A stretch of DNA of 64,000 bases. Origin: Glaucostegus cemiculus (Eukaryota). The notes under the pieces were generated by a model. It ran no database searches and had not been told where the DNA came from. It was given only the letters and a program-made list of their open reading frames with translations. The number at the start of each line of letters is the position of its first letter. Within the stretch, counting starts at the first letter, position 1. The position numbers and the translations under genes were made by a program. Below are positions 25,206 through 38,655 of the stretch, one piece after another. The stretch spans positions 6,386,001-6,450,000 of the forward strand of contig CDPCPM010000059.1 in NCBI GenBank assembly GCA_976551045.1, read 5' to 3'.

Positions 25206-25405
25206 AAAATAGTGGGAGGAGTTACCTTGAGTTCAGGGGGAAGGTTATAACTTTGTGGTTGTATGCACAAGCAGGAGGCTGAAAAATGAACAGGAAATCC
25301 AGTTTAACACTAACTCTAGATGTCAGAGACAAGTTGCTAGATCTCCTCTTAAAAGCTCCTTTGAATTTACACTTCCTCCCCACCAGCCCCATTCCAAGTC
25401 CCAGA

Positions 25406-25972
25406 GTCAAGTCAAGTCAAATTGAGTTTATTGTCATATGCACTAGTGCATGTGTGCACAGATGCAATGAAAAACTTACTTGCAGCAGCATCACAGGCAC
25501 TTAGCATCATTCACAAGAAAAAGCATAAATTACACAATTTTTACAAGAAAGAACACAATAAAATTCCATTTTAGTGTAGTCACCGTGTTGCTAAACCTCC
25601 TGCCTGATGGTAGCTGCAAAAAGAAGGCATAGTCTGGATGGTGGGGATCTTTGATGATAGATGTTGCCTTCTTGAGGCCGCACCTCCTGTGATACTACCG
25701 ATAGTGGGGAGGGACGTACCCATGATGTATTGGGCAGGGTCCACTACTCTCTGCAGCTTCTTGCGTCCCCGTGCATTCAAATTGCCATACCAAACCAAGA
25801 TCCAACCAATCAGGATAGTTTCAACAGTATATCTGTAGAAGTTTGTTAGTGTTTGGTAACAAGCCAAACCTCCTTAATCTCTAAAGAAAGTAAAATGCTG
25901 GTGTGCTTTCCCTATAATTGTATATATGTGCTGGGCCCAGGAGAGGTCATCCAATATTGTTAACACCCAGGC
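25406..25972 (-). mobile_element. Rex1/Babar 3' fragment, (GACTT)n tail
   Basis: ORF 25580..25867: LTNFYRYTVETILIGWILVWYGN...KKLQRVV. Confidence 0.8.
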
Positions 25973-25984
25973 ACCCCAAAAAAA

Positions 25985-27406
25985 AAGGGCACAAGTTTGA
26001 AGTGAGAAGAAGGAGTTTTAAAGGGGATCTGAGGAGAAAAATCTTTACACAGAGAATGGTTGATACCTGAAATGTGCTGCCAGAGGAGTTGGTGGAATCA
26101 TACAAACACTACACTGAAGAGCAATCTAGACGGTCACTTGAATAAGTAAGGCATAGAATTGGTAATTGGCTTATTATTGTCACATGTACTGAGAGACAGT
26201 GAAAAGCTTTTGTGTGTATGCCATCCAGATAGATCATTGCTTACATAAATACATCGAGGTAGTACAAAACAAAACAATGCTGAAGATAGTGTTACAGATA
26301 CAGAGAACGTGCAGTGCAGGTAGGCAAATAAACTGCAATAGCCATGATGAGGTGGATTGAGAGATCAGGAGTTCATCTTTATCATTCAGAGTCTGATAAT
26401 AGTGGGATTGAAGCTTAAATAATAGAAGAAGCTTAATAGGAAATAAAAACTCAAGCTTTTATATCTTCTGTCCAATGGAAGGGAGGAGAAAGAGAATAAC
26501 AGGGGTGGGAGGAGTCTTTGATTTTGTTAGCTTCTTCCCTGAGGCAGCGGGAGGTATAGAGAGTCATTGGAGGGGAGGCTGGTTTTCGTGATGGGCTGTG
26601 TTTACAACTTTCTACAATTTTCTCCATTCTTGGGCAGAACAGTTGCCATGCCGAACTGTGATGCATCCGGATAGGATGCTTTCAATAGTGCATCTATGAA
26701 AACTGGTGAGGGTCATCAGAGAGATGCTGAATTTCCTTAGCTTTCTGAGGAAGTAGAGGCACTGGTGAGCTTTCTTGGCCATGGCGTCTATGTGGCCGGA
26801 CCAGGACAAAGTATCTGTGATAATTACACCTAGGAACTTGAAGGTCTCCACCATCTCCACCTCAGCACCATTGGTACGGACAGGTGTGTGTAGTCCTCAC
26901 TGCTTTCTGAAGTCAATGACCAGCTCTTTTGTTTTGCTGCCACTGAGGGAGAGAAAGGTTGTTGTCTTGACACCATGCCACTAGGCTCTCTATCTCTTTC
27001 CTGTACTCCGTCTTGTTGTTATTTGAGATCTGGCCCACTAGGTGGTGTCATCTGCAAACTTGTAGATGGAGTTAGAGCAGAATTTGGCCACACTGTTGTG
27101 AATGTACAGGGAGTAAAGTAAGGGGCTGAGGACACAGCCTTGTGAGGCACCAGTGTTGAGGATCATCATGGCAGAGGTGTTGCTACTTATCCTTACTGAT
27201 TATGCTCTGTTGGTCAGGAATTCAAGGATCCAGTTGCAGAGGGAGCTGTTGAGTTCCAGGTCTAGGAGTTTGGAGATTAGTTTGTCAGATAAGGACCTAA
27301 TGCAGGTATATGAGATTAGTGTAGATAGGCAAAAAGGTCAGCATGGATGCGATGGGCTGAAGGGCCTGTTTTTCTGCTTTATGATTCCGTGGCTCTATGA
27401 CTCTAT
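25985..27406 (+). mobile_element. CR1 3' end split by the Rex1/Babar insertion at 26158-27283
   Basis: The CR1 sequence stops at ...ggcatagaa and resumes at gataaggacctaatgcagg...gaagggcctgtt...ctatgactctatga. Confidence 0.65.
26158..27283 (-). mobile_element. Rex1/Babar LINE RT fragment
   Basis: ORF 26612..26860: VETFKFLGVIITDTLSWSGHIDAMAKKAHQCLYFLRKLRKF. An FADD motif is at ~27045-27060 on the minus strand. Confidence 0.88.
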
Positions 27407-27424
27407 GAAATTACTAGATGGAGA

Positions 27425-27720
27425 AAAGCTGTGAATGCTGGAAATATGAAAAGCAAAGGTGGAATTACTGATTATCTAAAATTGTTGGGTTGAGAGTTGA
27501 GTCTGGAAGGTTGTAATGTGCTTAGTTAGAAGTTGGGATATTTTTCTGCTTTATTACAGCAATGAAGGAGGCTGTATACTGAGAGGTCAGAATACAAACA
27601 GGAAGAAGAACTACTGTGACAATCAGATAGAAGCTTGGGTCACCCTTGTGACTAAATGAAAGTGTTCTGAAAATTGATTAAATAATCTGTATTTATTTTC
27701 TCCAGTGTAACAGAGAGCAC
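27425..27720 (-). mobile_element. Decayed Penelope-like GIY-YIG C-terminus
   Basis: The reverse complement of gagagttgagtctggaaggttgtaatgtgc reads TLQPSRLN, as in the other PLE copies. Confidence 0.5.
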
Positions 27721-29299
27721 ATTGGTACACAATTGATTTGTTTCATATCTTATGTCCTTCATGGAAGGGAATCTTTCACCTGTACCTGGTCTGACCTTTT
27801 GGTAATTCCAGACCCATCAAAATGGCCCAACAAGCCACAGAGTTCAGGGAAAATAGGGATGAACAATCAAGGTTGGCCTTGACAGTGACATCTACAACAC
27901 TTGGATGAATAAATAATTAAAGCATGAGGTTACAATAACTTGGAAAGAATTACTTTTGAAATATCCTTTCTGTGCATTCCTGTGGGAGATTAGCTCTGTT
28001 AATGACTTTGCATTGATTGGTTATACTCAATAGTCATTAATCACTCCAAATTTCAACATTACTAAAGAATAGCCATTCATTTCATGCTCTTATTCCCTTT
28101 GGAATCTACTTACTATTAATTTAAAGATTTTTGACTAAAGTCAATGTCCTTTGTTCTGGTCAAATGGTTAAATAAACTGGCATTACCAATATATGTTATA
28201 AAATAGCAATGAGATTCCTTATCATTACTATAGTGCATACAATGGGAAAAGTGGAACAGAGTCCATTAATCATTGTCATCGGCTAGATCCGTTTCTATCC
28301 ATCAAAGCATTTTGTGTTCTATTACTACAACAGTTTAACAGCTGGCTAATTAGTTTTGATGTTTATTAACAGTCCCACGTGTGGCAATTTCATGAGATGA
28401 CTGCTGGAAATCTATGTGCATTTCAATCTTTGACATGCTTTCTTAAATAATTCCAATAAATGTATGAGGCATGAACTATTCTTTCAAAATCCATAGCGGT
28501 TATTTGTTACCATGAACCTTGATAGCTTGTTAGTAATGCCGTTGAGTGAGCATTTTGATAAAATCACAGAAATCCCCAGCACTGAAGGAAGCATTTGGTC
28601 CATCATATCCAAAGCAACGTGAAAGAAACTAGTATCCCTTCTCAGCTTTTTATATCATAAGTTATGGCACATCAAGGGCCATCCAGGTATATTTAAGTAG
28701 ATGGAGGGTTTCAGCTTTCACCAGCTTTTCATACAGTGAGTATTTTTTCTTCAGCGCCCCTCTCATCCTTTAACTACTTACCTTAAATCTATGCCACCTA
28801 CTTTCCCATTAGTGCTAGCGAACTGCCTAGCCCTTGGTATGGATTTTCCTTGCAGTAATTGCCACAGAACAGTTCTAGCCTCTCAAAACTGAGCATTCAT
28901 GAGGTGCTGTAACCCCATGGGTTGATGCATGCCTCACTTTGCTATTACTATCAAGCCAACAGGTTAACCCTGATTCAATGAAGGGTGCAGAAGGGCTTAC
29001 TGGGAATGACTCTATACATACCTAAAAAAAATATATGGTTACAGCTCAATGCAGCTAAGTATGGGACTAATTGCGTTTTAAAACAGCATGCAATTGGTAC
29101 AACCAATGGATCAGATTAAAGTTCTGTCATCTTATTATATCTAGTCATGGATATAATAATAGGATGGGGCTCCAAAAAATCCACTTATTGCAAGATGGTG
29201 GACTAGCAGGTCAGTGCTAAAGAAAAGGCTGAAGCATCTTTGTCTAGAAGTGCTGAAGAGATTACTCATTTTGGCTTTCTTTTGAGATCCTCCCCATCA

Positions 29300-30700
29300 C
29301 AGTCGCCAGTCTTCAGCCAGCTTGATTCACTGTTTTCACATGATATCAAGTAGCATCTGAAAGTAATGGATACAGCAAAGGCTGCAAAACCAGAAAACAT
29401 TTCAATGCATTACTGAAGCCCTGCATTTCAGAACTAATTACACCTCCAGCCAAGCTGTTCCAAATCAGTTACAACACTGGCATTTACTGCCCCCTTCATT
29501 AAAAAAAAGGACAAATCTACTCAATTCCCCACCCCCATCAGTTTATTCTCAATCCTCAGAAAAGCGATGGAAGCTGTCAGCAGTAGTGCTATAAAGTGGC
29601 ACTAACTCACTAATTACCTATTCACCAGTCCCCAATTTGCCTGTATCACTCACATCCAGACTTCATCTAAACATCCATCAAAGAGATGTACCAGAGAGGA
29701 GGTGAGAGTGACTGCCCTTGATATCAAGGCAGCTTTTGACCAAGTGTGACATCGAGGCAGCCTAGTAAAACTGGTCAATGGGTTCCAAAGGCATAACTGT
29801 CCAATGGCAGAGTCATATCTTGCAGAGGCCAAGCTTCTTACCTGCCTTGCAGTGTTTGGCCAGTGATCTTCCTTCTGTCATTAGTTTGTACATGAGGATG
29901 TTCACTGATGGTTGCACAACATTTAATTGTATTTGCAACCTATGGCCTTTACCACTAAGGACAAGGGCATATATAGAGAGGGTGCAGAGGAGGTTTACAA
30001 GGATGCTGCCTGGAATGAGGAGCATGCCTTATGAGAGCAGGTTGCGGGAACTCAGCCTTTTCTCCTTGGAGAGAAGGAGGATGAGGGGGGACCTGATTGA
30101 GGTGTATAAGATGATGAGAGGCATTGATAGGGTAGATAGTCAGAGGCTTTTCCCCAGGGCTGAAATGGTGGCCACAAGAGGAAATAGGTCTAAGGTGCTG
30201 GGGGGAAGATATATGGGAGATGTCAGGGGTAAGTTTTTTACTCAGAGAGTGGTGAGTGCGTGGAATAGGCTGCCGGAAATGGTGGTGGAGGCAGATACGA
30301 TAGGGTCTTTCAAGAGACTGTTGGATAGGTACATGGAGGTAAATAAGATAGAAGGCTATGGGTAAGCCTAATAGTGTGGGGACATGTTCGGCACAGCTTT
30401 GTGGGCCGAAGGGCCTGAATTGTGCTGTAGGTTTCTATGTTCTATGTTCTATCAGGTGCATGAGAACACCACCACCTACAAGTTAACCTTCAAGTTACAC
30501 ACGATCCTGACTTTAACATACTGTATTATCGCCGGTCCTTCATCTTCACTGGGTCTAAATCCTAGAGCTCCGTATCTACAGCACTGTGGGAGTACCTTCA
30601 CTAGAAGGACTGCATCAATTCAAGAAAGTGGCTTGCCACCACTTATTGAGGCCTGGGTAATAAATCCTGGTTTCTTGTTGACATTCAGATCCTAAATATG
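29300..30700 (+). mobile_element. Ancient CR1/L2-superfamily LINE RT remnant, interrupted by a young CR1
   Basis: DTAKA..PENI; AKLFQ.SYNTGI; ALDIKAAFDQV. The 3' tail resumes at ~30455. Confidence 0.65.
29970..30452 (+). mobile_element. Young CR1/HER1 3' end
   Basis: Open frame IERVQRRFTRMLPG...RGDLIEVYKMMRG...FFTQRVVSAWNRLP...EGYG, ending in (CTATGTT)n. Confidence 0.92.
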
Positions 30701-31969
30701 AACATAACATAAAAAGAGAAACTCAAAATCTTTCTCAAGGGTTCTCATCCTACTTTGCTCTGGGATTGAATCATTCACTGCTTGAGTTTGCACTGCAACT
30801 TCTTAGCATTAGTGCAAAATGGAACCACTTCACACCAATGGCACAGCTGTACTGTAAATGTAGCCTATAATTTCATGATTCATTTCTCATTCCTCTTCTG
30901 ACTATTAATTAGCAGCCACTATCTTCAGGGGATTAAAATTACTCATGTATGCTATTTGCAATGCACCAGCTGATATATTTGAACAAAGTCCCTAAGCTTT
31001 ATTCCAACAGAGTGTTAACCCTATCTTTCTCTACAGATGTTGTCTGACTCACTGAATATTTCCAGTATGTTCCATGTTTATAACAGAGGTAAAGTATTTG
31101 TAGTATTTTGCTTCCGTTACCTTGCTAACCCATTGGCTAAATTAATAATTTTTTAGAAGCATTTTGTACCTGCAGGTTGCAAGTAGCACACCAAGGAAAA
31201 TGATTCACAGGCTTTTGAGTACTATCCCAGTAACTCACCAGGGCTTTGATATTTGGATTCCTTGCAGACTAAAAAGAGTGAAGTTTACAAATGCTCTTAA
31301 CACAGGAACTTTCCTTGTGTGAACTGAGATATGCTTCTAATACAAGAGGCTCTGTACATGAAATATATCCTTGATTGTGTTTAAAATGTCTGTTGAGTTC
31401 TTTCTATGCCTTCAGACCTAGATTGTCTGATAGGAATTCTGAAGAAAAGTTGTTTAAATTTAGAACAGTTAACTCTTTATCCTCCATAATTATTCTATTT
31501 CTTAAAGGTTTCTCATAAAACCTGTTTTTATTTTTACATGGATACTTACACTGCTTTCATTGCTCCTGAGCATTTACTCTCAGATTTATCTGTCTGTCAT
31601 TAATTTTGCAGCTTTTCCCCACGTCTAGTTGTGATTCCTGCCTTTCTTTTATCTTATCAACATCTTTTGATGTCTTTATGTCTCATTTAACCTACATATT
31701 GATTACTGTGATAATTTGATTAATCTCTCCTTAGACTGTTTGATTGAATCAAATTTAATTCACATTTTAACTCCAAGTCACATCCTTGAACATCCATGAG
31801 CTCCCACTGGAGGTACAATGCAGTTGAACTAATTCAACAGTCTGAAACTGATCCCATGAAGCACGCTTAGCTCATTAGAACATTGTTGGGTGGGACAAAT
31901 GCATTTGTTCCATCAATAACTGGTGTAGTACTTCAGGTAAGGCCTGAAATCTCTAGGGGTGTTTCAAGT

Positions 31970-32295
31970 GGACAGCACAATGGCAGTGCAGGTAATCGAG
32001 CTGTATTGGAGTTCCAGCAACCCAGGTTTGATTCTGACTTCCTGTGCTAAATTGTGTGGAGTTTTCACATTCTCTCTGTGACCATGTGGGTTTCCCCTGC
32101 AGTACTTCATTTCATTCCAGGATGCCAAAGAGTGTTGGTTGTTAGGTTAAGGAGTGGAGGGAGAATCAGGGGTTGTTAATGGGCTTGTGTGGAGTAGGTT
32201 ATAGGGAACTAAATGGGGAATGGAATTGAGGGGGTTGTTCTGAGACCTGCCGGGGTTAATGGCCTCCTTCTATGTTGTAATATAATATGAAGTAT
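31970..32295 (+). mobile_element. Old V-SINE
   Basis: cccaggtttgattctgac...tgtgtggagttttcacattctctctgtgaccatgtgggtttcccc. Confidence 0.65.
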
Positions 32296-32509
32296 GAAGA
32301 GGAAGAACTGCTGAGTGTGCTGCTTTAGTCTCTCTTAATAAACTGAAAATGCTTGTCTGAAGATGACAAATTCAACAGTAGTGGTCGATGAACTTCTCAG
32401 TTTGGGGCACAGTTCTTCTTATTGAAACCAGGTGCTACTGGCTCGGTGGAAGGATGTGATGGAAGGATGCAATAGTGAGAGTAGATGGCAAATGACTGGC
32501 TAATAACAG

Positions 32510-33230
32510 TAATTTGCATTTATGTAGCGCCTTCCTTGATTCATCACAGGAACATTATCAAAGCTTGAGCCACAAGGAGACATTAGATATTGGTTTATTA
32601 TTGTCATATGCACCAAAATACAGTGAAAAGCTTCTGTTTTATGTGCCCTTTAGACAGATCGTGCCATACACGATTATATTGAGGTAGTAAAAAGTAAACA
32701 GAATGTAGAACATAGTGCTGCAGTTGCAGAGAAAGTGAAGTGCAGGCAGGTAAGTAAAGATATTGGGGACAAGTGCCTAAAAACTTGGTCAAGAGGGAGA
32801 TTTAAAAAGACATCTTAAAGGAAAGAGAGCTGGAGAGGCAACTCAAGTCACAGTTACCAATGGTGATGTGAAAAGGGGAAATACAGGAGGTCTGAATCAG
32901 AGGAGTACAGAGCTCTCAGAGAGTTGTAAAACTGGAGGAGGTTATCAACACTGAAGGATGGGGCTTTTGAAGATTTGATGACATTTTACAAATGAGGCCT
33001 TGCCAGATCATGGGAGGTTAAAGAGACCTGGAGGTGAGTTAGGATATGGATGACAGAGCACTGGATGAGTGGACTGCAGAGGACCCATATTAGGAGGGTT
33101 TCAGCCACAGAAGACCTGAGGTGGACAGGGTGATGAGTGAGGATGTTAGAATGATAGGAAAAGATGTACCATGAGTAGTAGTCACAGCACACAAGGAGAT
33201 AGATAATGTTGATGGGCTGCTGGTAAAGCT
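32510..33230 (-). mobile_element. L2-type LINE 3' fragment with nested Rex1 tail (32594-32757)
   Basis: aatttgcatttatgtagcgccttc is the reverse complement of the L2 tail. The insert is flanked by agatattgg at 32585-32593 and 32758-32766. Confidence 0.65.
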
Positions 33231-35639
33231 TAAGGAAATAACGTGAGATTTTGGATCACTGTGCCAATCAATTTCACTCTTAAATTTAAAGCAGCAACTT
33301 GCAGCCAGCTAATTAATATTGGCTCAACACATCTGGCTTGAATGGTACTTTCTCCTCTTCCCATATTCAGGATGGTCTTTGGCATTATTTAAGCTACTTT
33401 CCACTTGCTCTGAAAACCACCAGGAATCCTATCTGAAATTAATCACTAAACTTTATGTGGGTGACATATTTACTGCCATAACGTCCTCTCAATAGGGTCT
33501 CACGGGGCAGTCAATTAGACTGGCAGTCAGAATTACTGCTGGTGTTTAGTGCACGATGAAAAACACAAACTGACAGTAAATAGGCCAATGCTGTAATTAC
33601 TGTCAAATTTTAGAGCAAAAATCATGGTTATATCATTATGTCTCAAATGCCAAGAAGGAAATAAGCTCCTACTGTGCGGATATTGACAGAAGGGACACTG
33701 TCTCACTAGTTAAGCTCAGCATAGCATATGTTGAAATCCCTTTATGTTGCCCCTTGAATATATTTTCTGACTTTACTGCCAATCTTTAAGGAGTAGATTG
33801 CTGATTCTGACTGCTCCATTCTGCAACTCTTGCTTCTAATGAGCTCCTTCATATTGTGTGTCCTAATGCTTTGCTTAATACTTTTAAATTATTCTTAACT
33901 GTTTGATGATATATCAAGATAATGTCTGAAATGCAGACAAAAGTGATTTATCAAGACTAATGTTCAAAATGAACTTTCTTAACTGGTTTAAAAAGTGGAG
34001 CATATTCCATGGTGTTTTGTGCTGTTGTCATTAGGGGAGATTTTCCACTACAGCCTGGAGAACAGGGAATCTCACAGCAGCATCTAATGAGTTATCTATA
34101 ACATTACAAATTACATTTTTTCTGGAGGAGCATTTGGAATTTGCAGCATTTTGTCTTTTAAACTTCATTTCTCATTCTCTCACAACGTTACTGACACTCC
34201 CGAAATGTGAGCACAAACAAAATTATGCTCTTGGGGTCATATGAATGTGTAGGCCAATCCATGCTTTAATTATTCTTGTAATGTGGGAAATGTATTTAAA
34301 CTTGAATCCAGCTCTTTAATTTGTAGAACCATTAAGGGTGTTTGGAGGATAGATGTGAGCAATCTGTCACAATGTTGCTGCATAATACTTTTTGAACTTA
34401 AACTTCTAAATAATGCAATGGATTGGACGTTCTACTTTTTACTTCACAGCCGGAATTGATAGGATGAAAGTCACCAATCTGTTAGCTGTAAGGAACCTGG
34501 ATTTAGTAGGTTTAATTGCTGTAGGAAATAAATCTACTTCAGTAATGCTAGAGATTCAAGAAAAAGGGATCACTTCTATAAACTAGAAGTTAAGTGAAAA
34601 CGTAATAGCAATATTCAAAATTCTGAAAGGTTGTCGTAGTCCACTAGGGAGAATCTGTTACCATTGACAACAGAGTGATTTGGAAAACAAAAACAGATTT
34701 ATGATTTGTGAAGGAAGGTGAAACATTTTTATTTTAAGTTGTTATTAATTGGGCTGCACAACCTAAAAGGGTGGTAGAAGCAGATTCTATAGTAAGTTTC
34801 TAAAGAGAATTGATCGGCTTCAAACATAAGAGTCCGCAGGACTATAGGGAAGAGCACTGGAATGAGATGAACAGGATAGAATTTTCAGTGAGCCCAGCTA
34901 GGGTAAGTGAGCTGAATGGATACTTTTGAAGTGGTTGATTCCATAATTCTCTAACACTTTGGCAATATCAGCACATTTTGCCACTTCTTATAATCTTTTT
35001 TTCTTGTGTTTTTACTTAAGTCTTGTAATGAGCGATTATGATAGTGTACTAATTTAGAACATCTTTTGAAATTGCTTAAAAATTAGTGGAATGACCAGAA
35101 ACTTGCTAACCTTACTACAGCTTTTCTGATAGTGAAGATAATGTCTCCTTTGCTACAGGGGGTAAGTAGAACAGTGACATAGGTTCAGCCACCTTCAGCA
35201 TCTTCATCAATGAACTTCCTTCCATCATAATGTCAAAAGTGGGAATGTCTGTGGATAATCGCACAATAATCAGTTCTATTTACAACTGCTCTGTAAATGA
35301 AGCAGCCCATGCCCACTTCTAACAGACCTAGACAACCTTTAGACATGGGCTGATAATGGCAAGTAACATGCATGCTACAAAAGCGTCAGATAATGAGGAG
35401 AGTCACCACCTACTCCTGCTATGGCATTACCATTACCCCCACCATCCATATCCTGTGGATCCTATTGCCTAGAAGCTCAGCTGAACCAGCCACTTAAATA
35501 ATGTGGCTAGCAGAGCTGGACAGAGGTTGCATATCCTCTGCTCACCTTCTTACATTGCAAAGACTTTCCACCATCTACAAGGCACAAATCAGGAGTGTGA
35601 TGGAATTTCCTCCTTATAGACAGAAAGCATTCCGTGGCT

Positions 35640-37085
35640 GCAGCAATCTGAAGTCCACATAGGATGACAGACTTGAACCCTCCACCTTTCTGGCCACAAG
35701 AAGTTTCAGGTTCCACTGGTCCTCCCCCTCCATCCCATCTGATTCTGCATGCAATGAATAAACCTTTGTAATTTTCACTGCATTCGACAAGATTCAATCA
35801 CAAGACACATTTTCCTTCTCTTTCAGTGTTCCAAAGGATCCATCCCCTTAAATGTGAAAACAGTCCTGAGTTTCAGTATGTGGATGGTTTGATCAAATTA
35901 CAGAAAATCTGATTTGGGTAGAGTTTAACATTGTCTTAATTGAACTTATGTTCAAGAGCTTAAAAGACTTTTGGAAGGTTTTGGGATTTGATGTAATGAA
36001 CTCCCTGGTCTGCTCTTCCAGCCCCACCAATTACTTCCCCTCTTATAGCTCTTTCCAGTGCAATTTTAGGCTCAGTAGTGCCTGCTCTTTTACCTTTCTT
36101 TCCACCAAATAATCCGTCCAAATGAAGCAGAAATTCACTCACAATTCTTCCAGTCTAGTCTGAAAGTAACTGCAGATGCTGGAAATCTGAAAGGTAAACA
36201 GAAAATGCTACAAACACTCAGCAGATCTAAAATAAGTCCATGAAAAGTCTCAGTAATAGAAAATGTTCTTTGGGCTGTAATGTTAACTGTGCCCCACTTT
36301 CCATGAATACCTATTGACCTGTTGAATGTTGCCAACATTTTCTGGTTTTATACCAGTCTAGTGGATAGCACTCGGTGCTGATGATGTATTCTCCTCTAAA
36401 TTGGAAACCAAATGCAGATTGGGTGACAGCTTCGCAGAACATCACTGTTCAGTCTGTAAGTGTAACCCTTTGCTTCCAGTTTCTTGTCACTTTTATTCGC
36501 CACACCACTCCCACTCTGACTTGACTATCTGTGGATTCCTGCACTGTTCAAACAAAGCCAGGATAAGCTTGAGGAACAGCATTCTGCATTCCATCTGGGC
36601 AGGTTTCAGCGTTGAGGAATCAATATTGAATTCAAAAATTTCAGGAACATATTTTTCCGGTTTGTACAGAACTGGCCAGTTTTGCTGTAAGGTTATCCAT
36701 TTGCTAAATTAACTTTTTTTTCCCTCACACGCAGTGTCCAACCTGCTGGGCATTTCCGACATTTGCCTTTTCATTACATGTTTCAGCAACAGCTTCAACA
36801 TACATTTCACAAATTTAATGTTTCCCTTTGCTTGTTTTCCCTCTCTTTCTCTCACTCTTACTTTATTAATCTGTTCACCCAATGGTCTGTAAACACCCTG
36901 GCCTCACCCTATCAGGGATGTTCTCTTTGTCCTATCCAACATCAACTCTCCCCGCCCCCCCCACCGCCCCAATCCATCCACCATCTCTGTAACATCAAAC
37001 TAAGTTCTGATGAAGGGTCTTCAGCCTGAAATGTTAAACCTGTTTCCCTCTTCACTTAGTTTTTCCAGAATTTTCTATTTCCATT
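35640..37085 (+). mobile_element. Decayed Penelope-like element (GIY-YIG domain plus pseudo-LTR)
   Basis: QMKQKFTH.SSSLV...ETKCRLGDSFAEH...PVSCHFYSPHHS. CTGATGA...GAAA motif at 37007-37031. A mini-insertion at 36160-36352 is flanked by ccagtctagt. Confidence 0.7.
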
Positions 37086-37779
37086 GTAGTATGATCACAA
37101 AATTCGTCACTGACTCTGGCACTCAAGATTTTCTGGTTGTTACTGAATAATGGCTCTAATAGAATGGGTAGTAACACCTCAAGTGTTCCATGCGATGTTT
37201 ACAATACTGTGTCTGAGTCTGTGTCCTTCCTTAATTTTCTGGTATATCCATAGTAAGTTAAAAGTATTCACCAGTGCATCTGTCCCTTTACGTGCTAAAT
37301 CTATATGTTTGTTCAATCTCTGCTTGTGAGCTCCTGAGTTGTGTTTTCATTTGGCTTCTTTTTGCTCACATGGTCCTCAGAGTTTCCAACTGCACCCTAC
37401 AGGTTAAAGTCCAGAACAATCAAATTTAATTTTACTTAAAAATCTTGAATTCTTTTCCAGTTTACTTTTCCTATGAAGTAATTTGTAGCCTGTAATCAGC
37501 AGCTTCTCACTCCCACTATTAATGCATCTCTTTACGTTTGACTGGAGTTGTATGCAAATTTGCAATTAATGAAGCAAGTGAATTGGGCCAAGAAATCTGA
37601 ATACATATTTTCTTTCAAGCAGCATTAACATGAATTCTTAACCTTTGAGTTATGAATTACACAACTAAAGGATTAAGGACTGCCTAACCTACTTCTTGCT
37701 AACCTGTTCATCAGGTGTGTCTCAAATTGTGGACCATAAGCCCCTATCTATTTGCAGAGTTGACTTGAGTCAATGCTTT

Positions 37780-38070
37780 CATAGAACATAGAACGATACA
37801 GCACAGGAACAGGCCTTTCAGCCCATGATATGCTGAACTAAATAAACTGGTAATTAAATGCCTAACTAAACTTATCCCTTCCATCTACACAATGTCCATA
37901 TGCCTCCATTCAGTATATTTATGTGCTTATCTAAAAGCCTCTTAAACACCTCTGTCAAATCTGCCATTCCAGGCACTCCCCACTCTCTGTCAAAAACTTG
38001 TCCCACACATCTTCTTTGAACTTATGTCCTGTGGTATTAGACATTTTGAGCCTGGGAGGAAGATACCTGA
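37780..38070 (-). mobile_element. CR1/HER1 3' end
   Basis: catagaacatagaacgatacagcacaggaacaggcctttcagccc. Confidence 0.75.
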
Positions 38071-38337
38071 TACCTAAAAGACACCTTTCACCATATTAAT
38101 TCTGTCATGTGCTCAGCTGAGTGTGGATAAAGAGTGTCAGCTGTACTTGACAATCAATACACACAACAACCTGTCCTATGGTGTGAAATTTCTTCTAAGA
38201 TCTTCTAAGTTACAAGAATCAAGATACTATAAGGTATAGATCATTGTCTATGCAATTAAGATGATGTATATATAGCCACAAAGTACAGAAGAAGAAAATC
38301 TTTGAATATTAGACAAAGTATTCAAGCAACAGCACGA

Positions 38338-38655
38338 ATAGTGTAGCACAATGAGCTGCTGCCTCCCAGATTCAATCCTGACCGCTGGCGTTGTCTGTGT
38401 GGAGTTGCCATGTTTGCCCTGTGACCACACTGGTTTCCTCAGGGTATGCTGGTTTCCTACGGCATCCCAAAGATGTGCAGGTTGATCGTTTAACTGGGGA
38501 TTGTAAATTGCCCCTCCTGTGGGTGGGTGGTACAATCTGGGGGGGTGGGGGGGAGCGGTTGATGAAAATTAATTGAGATTATTGTTGGAGTAGTGGAAAT
38601 GAGTGTTGGTTGGTGTAGACTCAGGTGACCCATGGGTGTGTTTCCATGCTATATG
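38338..38655 (+). mobile_element. V-SINE nested in the Gypsy RT
   Basis: cccagattcaatcctgacc...tgtctgtgtggagttgccatg...ggtttcctc. Confidence 0.7.
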
